Assembly: GCA_963720545.1 (NCBI GenBank)
Contig: OY970399.1
Location: 1,280,001-1,344,000, forward strand
Source of the DNA: an uncultured Acidobacteriota bacterium
GTDB lineage: Bacteria > Acidobacteriota > Vicinamibacteria > Fen-336
Direction of reading: 5' to 3'
DNA length: 64,000 nt
In this document: positions 19,931 through 27,640 of the stretch, one piece after another
How the letters are laid out: every line of letters starts with the position of its first letter
Numbering within the stretch: position 1 is the stretch's first letter
Notes under the pieces: model-generated
Databases searched by the model: none
Told to the model about the DNA's origin: nothing
The model's input: only the letters and a program-made list of their open reading frames with translations
Translations under genes and position numbers: made by a program

Positions 19931-20887
19931 GTGCGGAAGCTGATCCTCAGGAACTTCCAGTCGCCCGGCGACATCCTGATGCTGACCGCGGCGGTCCGCG
20001 ATTTGCACGCGGCCCATCCCGGAGAGTTCCTGGTGGACGTGCGCACCTCGTGCCCCGCGCTCTGGGAGAACAACCCGCACCTGACGCCGGTCCGCGACGA
20101 CGATCCCGCAGCCGAGACGATCGACTGCCACTACCCGCTCATCCACCGCTCGAACCAGGCTCCCTACCATTTCATCCACGGCTTCATCGAGCACCTCAAC
20201 GAGACCCTGGGGCTGCGCATCAAGCCGGCGCTCTTCAAGGGCGACATCCACATCTCGGCGGCCGAGAAGGCGTGGTTCCGGCGTGTCGAGGAGGAGAAGG
20301 GCCGGAGCACCCCTTTCTGGCTGTTCGCTTCGGGCGGCAAGTTCGACTACACGATCAAGTGGTGGGACGCGCGGCGCTACCAGGACGTGGTCGACCACTT
20401 CCGTGGGCGCATCGAGTTCGTGCAGGTCGGCGAAAGCCACCACAACCATCCGCCGATCGACGGCGCCGTCGATTTGCGCGGCGCCACCAGCCTGCGCGAG
20501 CTGGTGCGGCTCATGTATCACGCGCAGGGTGTGGTCTCCGCGGTCAGCCTGCTGATGCACCTCGCCGCCGCGGTGGAGACGCCGCCGGGCATGCCGCGCA
20601 ACCGCCCCTGCGTGGTGGTCGCCGGCGGCCGCGAGCCACCGCACTTCACCGCCTACCCGCACCATCAGTTCATCCACACCGTCGGCGCGCTGCGCTGCTG
20701 CGATGACGGCGGCTGCTGGAAGTCGCGCACGCTGCCGCTCGGCGACGGCGACCCGAAAGACCAGGAACTCTGCGTCGATCCGGTCGGCAGCCTGCCGCGC
20801 TGCATGGACATGATCACCGCGGACGAGGTGATCCGCCGCATCGAAACGTACTTTGACGGCGGCGCTCTGGCGTACCTTGTAAGGTAG
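19931..20887 (+). CDS. GT9-family (heptosyltransferase-like) glycosyltransferase, distinct from WaaC/WaaF
   Basis: 'SPGDILMLTAAVRDL', 'K.W....Y..VV', 'DLRG.TSLRELV', 'S..MHLAAA', Cys-rich C-terminus. GTG at 19931 lies 7 nt after TAGGAT; ATG 19922 is an alternative start. Confidence 0.75.
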   Translation: MRKLILRNFQSPGDILMLTAAVRDLHAAHPGEFLVDVRTSCPALWENNPHLTPVRDDDPAAETIDCHYPLIHRSNQAPYHFIHGFIEHLNETLGLRIKPALFKGDIHISAAEKAWFRRVEEEKGRSTPFWLFASGGKFDYTIKWWDARRYQDVVDHFRGRIEFVQVGESHHNHPPIDGAVDLRGATSLRELVRLMYHAQGVVSAVSLLMHLAAAVETPPGMPRNRPCVVVAGGREPPHFTAYPHHQFIHTVGALRCCDDGGCWKSRTLPLGDGDPKDQELCVDPVGSLPRCMDMITADEVIRRIETYFDGGALAYLVR

Positions 20888-20892
20888 GGTGG

Positions 20893-21123
20893 ATGAAGAT
20901 GAGCGAGAACGAACGACGGGACTTCCTCAAGCTGCTGTGCTCGGGCGTCGCAGTCGCCAGCGCGGGCGCCTTGACAACCGGCTGCGAGGACATCACCGCG
21001 CCGCCGGAAGTTCCGGTGTCGAGCTCCAGTTCTTCGAGTTCCGGCTCGAGCAGTTCGTCCGGGTCCTCGAGTTCGAGCAGCAGCTCGGCGTCTTCGAGTT
21101 CAAGTTCCTCCAGCTCCGGCTAG
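20893..21123 (+). CDS. Small Tat-signal lipoprotein/precursor peptide with poly-serine tail (76 aa)
   Basis: ERRDFLK twin-arginine motif, hydrophobic stretch, LTTG-C lipobox-like site, then EDITAPPEVPV and S8-G-S5-G-S8-A-S9-G. Starts 5 nt after the GT9 stop. Confidence 0.75.
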   Translation: MKMSENERRDFLKLLCSGVAVASAGALTTGCEDITAPPEVPVSSSSSSSSGSSSSSGSSSSSSSSASSSSSSSSSG

Positions 21124-21650
21124 GGCACCGCCCAGAGGCCCCGGAGCCAGAAGAGGACGGCCAGTGCCGGGAGCGCCAGCAGCGTGCGCCATTCCCGGTT
21201 GTGGCGCACCCGCTGCCACGAGAAGCGCGACGCGCGCGGCCCGGCCGGGCTGAGCCGCGGCACGAACATCGGCACCGCGCGCGCCCAGTCGTCGTAGGCC
21301 GCGCCAAATTTGCGGCGCAGGAATGAAGCCTCCTCGCGCACCAGGCTCGGGTAGAAGGCAGCCCCATAGATAAGGACAGCGAGCACGACCCACACGCTCG
21401 CGGCGGCAATGCCGGCGCCCACCGCCAATATCAGGCTGCCGACATAAAGAGGATTGCGGCTGTGTGCATAGGGCCCGCCGGTCGCGAGCACCTCGGTCTT
21501 CTCGATGTGCCCGGAGGCCCACAAGCGGACGAGTTCGCCGACGAGCGCCACGGCCAGGCCGGCCAACAGCGTGCGCGGCGCCGGGCGCGCCAGCACAATC
21601 GCAAGCAGGCCCACGACCCATGCCCCCGCGACCCTAAACCGGGATGGCAC
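21120..21650 (-). CDS. Isoprenylcysteine carboxylmethyltransferase/PEMT-family membrane methyltransferase
   Basis: 'LATGGPYAHSRNPLYVGS', 'EE..L...FG..Y..W...VP.F.PR' motifs; overlaps the waaC stop. Confidence 0.8.
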   Translation of the reverse strand: MPSRFRVAGAWVVGLLAIVLARPAPRTLLAGLAVALVGELVRLWASGHIEKTEVLATGGPYAHSRNPLYVGSLILAVGAGIAAASVWVVLAVLIYGAAFYPSLVREEASFLRRKFGAAYDDWARAVPMFVPRLSPAGPRASRFSWQRVRHNREWRTLLALPALAVLFWLRGLWAVP

Positions 21651-22671
21651 TCGAACCCCGGGAGAGGCGCCTCGCGATCGCTTCTGCGACCGCGTCGACG
21701 GTGATCGAGGCCATCACACCCGCGTGCGCCGCGCACTCGCGGCGATAGCACGGGAAGCACGGCCGCGGCGCGGCGCTCACCACCACGTCGCGAGGGTCGA
21801 ACGGGCCGTTGCGCGCGGGGTCGGTGGGGCCGAAGATCGCCACCACCGGCGTGCCGACGGCGCAGGCGATGTGCAGCGGACCGGTGTCGGCGGCCACCAC
21901 CACGGTGGCGCGTCGCGCCAGCGCTGCGAAGTCGAGGAGCGATGTCTTGAAGCCGAGCCGGGCCGCGCCTCCAGAAGACGACACGACGCGCTCGGCGAGG
22001 TCGCGGTCGGCCGGGCCGAAGGTGACGATCGGCTGCAGCCCGCCAGGCACGGCCGCGAGGCGCGCCGCGAGCGCACCGAAGCGCTCGGCCGGCCAGATCT
22101 TGCTGAGCCAGCCGCCGCCAGGGTTGAGGATGGCGAACGGCCGCGGTGCCAACCCAAGGTTCGCGAGCCGGCGCGCCACCTCGGCGTCTCCGGCCTCGTC
22201 GGCAGGCAGCGGGAACTCACGCGAACCGATCGCATCGATGCCCACGGCGCGCAGCAGCGCGAGGTTCTTGTCGATGACGTGCACCGCCTCGGGCGGCTGC
22301 GGCAGCGTGCGCTTGAGGAGCGCCGCCGACGCCGGCTCCTTGCGCGAGCCGCGGTCGAATCCGGCGGTGGCGCAGGCGCCGCTGAGCCGCGCCCACAGCG
22401 CCGATTTCCAGAGGCCCTGGAAGTCGAGCGCCGTGTCGAAGCGTGCCGCGCGCAGCGTGTGCCGCGTGGCGAGGATGGAACGCGGGCCCATCGCCCCTGC
22501 GGCCGGCACGTCGATGACCTGCTGCAGGCCCTCCTGCCCCGCGAGCAGCCCGCGCGCCGCAGGCTCGACGATCCAGCCGAGCTCGTGACCGGCGCGGCGC
22601 AGCGCCGCGAACGCCGGCAGCGTGTGTACCACGTCGCCGATCGAGGACAGGCGCACGATGAGGGTCTTCAC
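21634..22671 (-). CDS. waaC: LPS heptosyltransferase I (GT9)
   Basis: 'IVRLSSIGDVVHTLPA', 'DFQGLWKSA', 'DTGPLHIA', 'IFGPTDP.RNGP'. Confidence 0.8.
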   Translation of the reverse strand: MKTLIVRLSSIGDVVHTLPAFAALRRAGHELGWIVEPAARGLLAGQEGLQQVIDVPAAGAMGPRSILATRHTLRAARFDTALDFQGLWKSALWARLSGACATAGFDRGSRKEPASAALLKRTLPQPPEAVHVIDKNLALLRAVGIDAIGSREFPLPADEAGDAEVARRLANLGLAPRPFAILNPGGGWLSKIWPAERFGALAARLAAVPGGLQPIVTFGPADRDLAERVVSSSGGAARLGFKTSLLDFAALARRATVVVAADTGPLHIACAVGTPVVAIFGPTDPARNGPFDPRDVVVSAAPRPCFPCYRRECAAHAGVMASITVDAVAEAIARRLSRGSSAIPV

Positions 22672-23156
22672 CGCCTCAGCCGCTCGATGAGCGCGCGGGT
22701 GTCGTGGTCCTTCGCGTCGCCGACGATCGCGACGCGGCCGCCGTAGGAGCGCACCGTGTCGCGTTCCGGCACGGTGTCGACCGTGTAGTCCGTGCCCTTG
22801 CAGTGCACGTCGGGCCGCAGCGCCAGCAGCAGCCCGTTGACGTCGTCGGCATCGAACACGATCACGTGGTCGACGGCGCGCTGCGCCGCCACCAGCAGCG
22901 CCCGCTGCGCGGCCTCGACCAGCGGCCGTCCCGGCCCCTTCAGGCGGCGCACCGACTCGTCGCCGTTGACGCCCACCACCAGCACGTCGCCTTCCTGGCG
23001 CGCGCCTTCGAGATAGCGCACGTGGCCGACGTGCAGGATGTCGAAGCAGCCGTTCGCGAACGAAATGCTGCGGCCCTGCGCGCGCTCGCTCGCCACCGCG
23101 GCGGCAACGTCCGCGAGCGAGCCAATCTTGGCTTTGGCGGGGCGCACGGCACTCAC
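22668..23156 (-). CDS. rfaE2: Heptose-1-phosphate adenylyltransferase (RfaE domain II / HldC)
   Basis: 'FANGCFDILHVGHVRYL', 'VGVN.D.SVRRLKG.GRP', 'KGTDY'. GTG start overlaps the upstream stop. Confidence 0.85.
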   Translation of the reverse strand: MSAVRPAKAKIGSLADVAAAVASERAQGRSISFANGCFDILHVGHVRYLEGARQEGDVLVVGVNGDESVRRLKGPGRPLVEAAQRALLVAAQRAVDHVIVFDADDVNGLLLALRPDVHCKGTDYTVDTVPERDTVRSYGGRVAIVGDAKDHDTRALIERLRR

Positions 23157-24178
23157 GAACGTAGCGCCGCCGCGATCTCGTCGCCCGAGACGGTGGCCGT
23201 GCCGCGCTTCATCACCACCACCCCGCCGGCTAGGTTCGCGAGCAGCGCCGCGTCCCGGGGCCGGGCGCCGGCGGCGAGCGCCAGGGTGAAGGCGGCGATC
23301 ACCGTGTCGCCGGCGCCGGTGACGTCCGCGACCTCGTCGGGGCCGCTCACCGGGATGTGGAAGGCGGGCACGCCGCGCTCGAAGAGCGCCATGCCGTCGC
23401 TGCCGCGGGTGATGAGCACCGCGGCGCAGCCGGTGCGGCGCAGCAGCGCGCGCCCGGCCCATTCGAGCTGACTGCGGTCGCTGCCGATGCGGATGCCGAG
23501 CGCCGCCTCAACCTCGGCCTCGTTCGGCGTGATCGCGGTCATGCCGCGAAAGGCCGTGAGACCGTGGCGCGAGTCGACGGTGACGGGAATGCGCCTGCGG
23601 CGGGCGAAGGCGACCGCGCGCCGCACCAGCGCCTCGGTGACGAAGCCGAGGCCATAGTCGCTCACCAGCACCGCGTCCACGCGGCTCCGCAGCGAGGCGA
23701 AGACGGCGTCGGCCTGCCGCCGCGCGCGATCGCGCCGCGGCAACTCCGTGGTGCGGTCGATGCGCACCACCTGCTGCTTCACGGCGTGGGCGCCGCCCGC
23801 GAGCACCCGTGTCTTCACCGGCGTCTGGTACAAGGCGGAGCGGAACACCCGGTTGGTGGCGACGCCGGCGCTGCGCAGCAGCGCGCGCAGCGCGTCGCCT
23901 TCCGTGTCGCGGCCGACGATGCCGACGCAGAGCGGTGCGCCGCCCAGCGTGCGGATGTTGTGCACCGCGTTGGCGCCGCCGCCGAGCAGCGTTTCGGTGT
24001 GCTCGTGTTCGAGGATCAGCACCGGCGCCTCGCGGCTGATGCGCTGCAGGCGGCCGTGGACGAACTGGTCGGCGACCAGGTCGGCGATCACCAGCACGCG
24101 CCGGCCGCGGAAGCGGCGGCGCAGTGCGTCGAGGCGCGCGATGTCCTCGGGCGAGCGCCCGGTCACTCGGCCGCTCAT
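23153..24178 (-). CDS. rfaE1: Heptose-7-phosphate kinase (RfaE domain I / HldA, PfkB family)
   Basis: 'RISREAPV', 'GGGANA', 'SDYG.G', 'TPNEAE', 'DVTGAGDTV'. ATG 24178 overlaps the gmhB stop. Confidence 0.85.
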   Translation of the reverse strand: MSGRVTGRSPEDIARLDALRRRFRGRRVLVIADLVADQFVHGRLQRISREAPVLILEHEHTETLLGGGANAVHNIRTLGGAPLCVGIVGRDTEGDALRALLRSAGVATNRVFRSALYQTPVKTRVLAGGAHAVKQQVVRIDRTTELPRRDRARRQADAVFASLRSRVDAVLVSDYGLGFVTEALVRRAVAFARRRRIPVTVDSRHGLTAFRGMTAITPNEAEVEAALGIRIGSDRSQLEWAGRALLRRTGCAAVLITRGSDGMALFERGVPAFHIPVSGPDEVADVTGAGDTVIAAFTLALAAGARPRDAALLANLAGGVVVMKRGTATVSGDEIAAALRS

Positions 24179-24756
24179 GCGGGCTGCGGCACCGCGGCGA
24201 GCGCCAGTTCGACCGCTTCGAGCAGGTGCTCGGCGACGATGTCCGGCTGCCGCGGCCAGCGCTCGCGCTGCCAGGTCCACTCGCCCAGGCCGTATCCCGT
24301 CTTCACGAAGGCGCCACGCGTGCCGGCGTTCCATCCCACTTGCACGTCGCTGTAGCGGTCGCCGATCATCACCGAACGGGCGAGGTCGATGCCGAGATCT
24401 TCGGCGGCGCGCCGGATCAGCCCCGGCCGCGGCTTGCGGCAGTCGCAGTTGAGCCGATATGGGGGCTCGCCCGCTGTCGGGTGGTGCAGGCAAAAGTAGA
24501 TTCCGTCGAGGTGCGCACCGCCCGCCAGCATGGTTTCGGCGAGGCGCTTGTGGACGTCGTGGATCAGCGACTCGGGAAAGTAGCCGCGCGCGACGCCGGC
24601 CTGGTTGGTGACGAGCACCGCGTACCAGCCGGCGGCGTTGATGCGGCGCACCGCGTCCACGGCGTAAGGCAGCAGGCGGAAGCGCGAGATGTGGTTGACG
24701 TAGCCGATCTCCTCGGAGACGGTGCCGTCGCGGTCGAGGAAGATTGCGGGTTTCAC
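24175..24756 (-). CDS. gmhB: D,D-heptose 1,7-bisphosphate phosphatase (HAD family)
   Basis: 'AIFLDRDGT', 'VTNQAGVARG', 'C.HHP...C.CRKP.PG', 'MIGDR..D'. Confidence 0.9.
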   Translation of the reverse strand: MKPAIFLDRDGTVSEEIGYVNHISRFRLLPYAVDAVRRINAAGWYAVLVTNQAGVARGYFPESLIHDVHKRLAETMLAGGAHLDGIYFCLHHPTAGEPPYRLNCDCRKPRPGLIRRAAEDLGIDLARSVMIGDRYSDVQVGWNAGTRGAFVKTGYGLGEWTWQRERWPRQPDIVAEHLLEAVELALAAVPQPA

Positions 24757-25778
24757 GAGACGCGCCCGGCCGCCGCCAGCACCGCGCCGACGCCGACGCG
24801 CGTCATGCAGCGGTGGTCGATGGGACAGTCGCGCAGCTTGCACGGCGAGCACGCAACCGTTTCGCGCACGATCTCGCTGCGGCCGGGCCCGAAGGGCGCC
24901 GTCTCGCGCCAGTCGGTCGGCCCGAAGATGGCGACCACCGGCGTGCCAAGCGCCGACGCCACGTGCATGGGCCCCGAGTCGTTGGTGAGAAGCAGCGAAA
25001 GCTGCGCGAGCACGCCCGTGAGTTCCTGCAGGTTGGTTTCGCCGCACAGCACTGCGGCCGGCCGGCGCATCGCCTTGCGCACCGCCTCGCCGAGCGGACG
25101 TTCGGCGGCGGCGCCGAGGATCACGGTGCGTGCGCCAAGGCGTTCGCTCGCGAGATCCGCGACCGCCGCGTAGCGCTCCGGGATCCATCGCTTGGCGGTG
25201 CCGAAGAAGGCTCCGGGGTTGAGGCCGATCCAGGGCCCATTGTCCGCTGAGGACTCCGGCCCGGCGTTGCCCAGCCTGGCGGCGCCGGCCGCGCGCCACT
25301 CGTCCGGGCACGCGAGCGACGCATCGGGCAAGGCTGTGGTGCGCAATCCGATGCCGCTCAGCATCGCGCGATAGTAGTACACCTCGCTGCGGCCCCGAAC
25401 CTCGGGACGCAGCCGCGCCCGGCGCGTCAGCAACAGCGAGCGTCCGTCGGTCGCGTAGCCCCAGCGGTGTGGAATGCCTGCGTGCGCCGCGGTGAACGCC
25501 GAGCCGAACGAATTCGGCAGGATCACCGCCGCGTCGAAGCGGCCGCGCAGGACGGCGGCATCGGCGGTGACGCCGGTGCTGGCGATGGTGCCGTCCACTT
25601 CCGCGACGGCGGCATAGAGCGGCGCCACCGGAGCGCGCGCCAGCACCGCGATGCGCGCCTGCGGGAAATTGCGCCGCAGGTCGCGCAGCGCCGGCAGCGA
25701 CAGCATCGCGTCACCGAGCCAGTTGGGCGCGCGCACCACGATTCGCTCCACCGCGGGAATGCCGCGAGCCGCTTTCAC
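24753..25778 (-). CDS. waaF: LPS heptosyltransferase II (GT9)
   Basis: 'RAPNWLGDAMLSLPA', 'LPNSF.SA', 'NPGA.FG.AKRW', 'TNDSGPMHVA', 'CSPC..R.CP..HRCM'. Confidence 0.85.
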   Translation of the reverse strand: MKAARGIPAVERIVVRAPNWLGDAMLSLPALRDLRRNFPQARIAVLARAPVAPLYAAVAEVDGTIASTGVTADAAVLRGRFDAAVILPNSFGSAFTAAHAGIPHRWGYATDGRSLLLTRRARLRPEVRGRSEVYYYRAMLSGIGLRTTALPDASLACPDEWRAAGAARLGNAGPESSADNGPWIGLNPGAFFGTAKRWIPERYAAVADLASERLGARTVILGAAAERPLGEAVRKAMRRPAAVLCGETNLQELTGVLAQLSLLLTNDSGPMHVASALGTPVVAIFGPTDWRETAPFGPGRSEIVRETVACSPCKLRDCPIDHRCMTRVGVGAVLAAAGRVS

Positions 25779-26660
25779 GACGGCTGCGTCTTCCAGCGGC
25801 GATGGATCCACAGCCACTGCTGCGGCGCGGCGCGCACCCAGTCCTCGATGCGCGCGGTCATCGCCTGCGTGAGGTGGGCGATGTCGCGGACGCGGTCGCC
25901 GCTGGGGATCCAGGCGATCTCCGGCTCGTAGAGCGCGCGGTAGCTGCCGTCCTTCTGCAGCACCGAGTGCACCGGCACCAGCGCGCAGCCGGTCTTCAGC
26001 GCGAGCGCCGCCGCGACGGTGGTGGTCGACGCCTTGCGGCCGAAGAAGTTTACGAAGATGCCGTCCGCCGCCTGCACGTTCTGGTCGACGAGGATCGCGA
26101 CAGCCTGGCCGGCGCGCAGCATCCGCAGCACCTCGGCGAGCGCGCGCCGCTTGTAGATGACGACGTTGCCGCTCATCTCGCGAAAGGCGACGAGCCGCGC
26201 GTCGAGGGCGGGGTTGTCGAGCGGCCGCGCCACCAGGCCCAGCTGCCCGAAGAGCGCGCCGTGGACGACGCCGTGGCATCTCCCAGTTGCCGATGTGGGC
26301 GGTGACGATGATGACGCCCTTGCCGCGCGCGAGCGCCGTGCGCATGTGCTCGCCGCCCTCCACCGCAAACGCGCGCCGCAGCGCCGTGAGCGGACGGCTC
26401 GACATCCAGAGGATGTCGAAGAGCACCGCGGCGAAGTGCGCGTAGACCGCGCGCGCCGTCCGCCACACCCGCTCCTCGGTCCAGTCGGGAAAGGCCTGGC
26501 GCAGGTTGTCGGCGGCGATCAGCGCATGGCGCCGGTCGAGATCGCCGAGGATCCTGCCGACGCCGCGGCCGAGCGCCAGCGCGGCGCGCCGCGGCAGCGG
26601 CCGCAGCGCTGCGCAGACGAGCGCCGCGGCGCGGGTCTCGAGCGCGCGGCTCACCTTCAC
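25775..26660 (-). pseudogene. htrB: Lipid A late acyltransferase (HtrB/LpxL family) interrupted by a 1-nt frameshift (pseudogene or sequence error)
   Basis: The N-terminal half reads to the catalytic 'TAHIGNWEM' in one frame. After one extra base at about 26276 it continues in another frame: 'HGVVHG...RPLDNP..D...R', 'DQN', 'FFG', 'PQQWLWIHRRWKT'. Confidence 0.8.
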
Positions 26661-27640
26661 CGAGCGTCCTTGCGCACCGCGGCCAGCACCCGCTCGCGCA
26701 GCGAGGCCTCGTCCTCGAATTCGGCACGGATCCGCAGCGTCATCACCGGCAGCATCGCGTTGAGCGGTTCTTCCAGGAGCCACACCGCGTTCTTGTCGGT
26801 GGTGACGATGGCGGCGGCGCCCAGGTCCCTGGCGCGCTGCCAGTGCGCTGGCATCGGCCCGAAGTCGGAATGATCGCGGCGCCGGTCGTGTCCGGCGATC
26901 TCCACCCCTGCGGCGCACACGTCGTCCTCGAAGCGTTGCGGCCGTGCCACCGCCGACACGAGATAGGCGCGCGCCGGCGCCGTCACCTGCTGGCCGTCGA
27001 GGTCGAAGAAGCCGGCGCTCACGCGCCGCGCCCGCACCCGCGCCTGCCCCGGTGTCGGTGTGCGCATGCCGTCGCCGAAGTCGATCACCACGTGCGCGCG
27101 GCCGAGCGTCGAGGGGAACTCGCGCAGCCGGCCTTCCGGCAGCGGCCGGCCGGTGAGCGTCTCGTCGTCGATGCAGACGAGGTCGAGATCGCGCTCGAGG
27201 CGCAGGTGCTGGAAGCCATCGTCGAGAATGATCGCCCGTCCCGGGAACCGCGCGGTAATGTCCTCGCCGGCCTCGGCACGGTCGCGCCCCACGGCCACCA
27301 CGGCGCGCGGCAGCGCGCGCGCCAGCATCACCGGTTCGTCGCCGGCCGCGGCCGGGCCGCTCAGCACGCGCTCGCCGTCGGACACCACCAGGCAGCGGCC
27401 CTTGAAGGCGCCGCGATAGCCGCGGCTCAGGATCGCGACCGGATGGCCGGCCGCCTGCAGCATCGTGGCGAGCGCTTCGACCACCGGCGTCTTGCCGCTG
27501 CCGCCGACGCTCAGGTTGCCGACGCTCAGCACCGGCGCGCGCAGCCGCGTGCGGCGCAGCGACCCGCCTTCGTACAGGGCGCGGCGCATGGCGGCCCCCG
27601 CTCCGTAGAGCAGGCTCAGCGGCCGCAGCAGGACGCTCAA
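26657..27640 (-). CDS. lpxK: Tetraacyldisaccharide 4'-kinase
   Basis: 'SVGNLSVGGSGKTP', 'LSRGY', 'GDEP', 'LDDGFQHLRLERD', 'LP.GRLRE'. TTG start overlaps the waaA stop. Confidence 0.9.
   Translation of the reverse strand: MSVLLRPLSLLYGAGAAMRRALYEGGSLRRTRLRAPVLSVGNLSVGGSGKTPVVEALATMLQAAGHPVAILSRGYRGAFKGRCLVVSDGERVLSGPAAAGDEPVMLARALPRAVVAVGRDRAEAGEDITARFPGRAIILDDGFQHLRLERDLDLVCIDDETLTGRPLPEGRLREFPSTLGRAHVVIDFGDGMRTPTPGQARVRARRVSAGFFDLDGQQVTAPARAYLVSAVARPQRFEDDVCAAGVEIAGHDRRRDHSDFGPMPAHWQRARDLGAAAIVTTDKNAVWLLEEPLNAMLPVMTLRIRAEFEDEASLRERVLAAVRKDAR

Noticed and set aside
24753..26918. Apparent 721-aa HtrB-WaaF fusion
   Set aside because: Produced by the 1-nt frameshift in htrB. The middle is off-frame sequence and waaF has its own overlapping GTG start.
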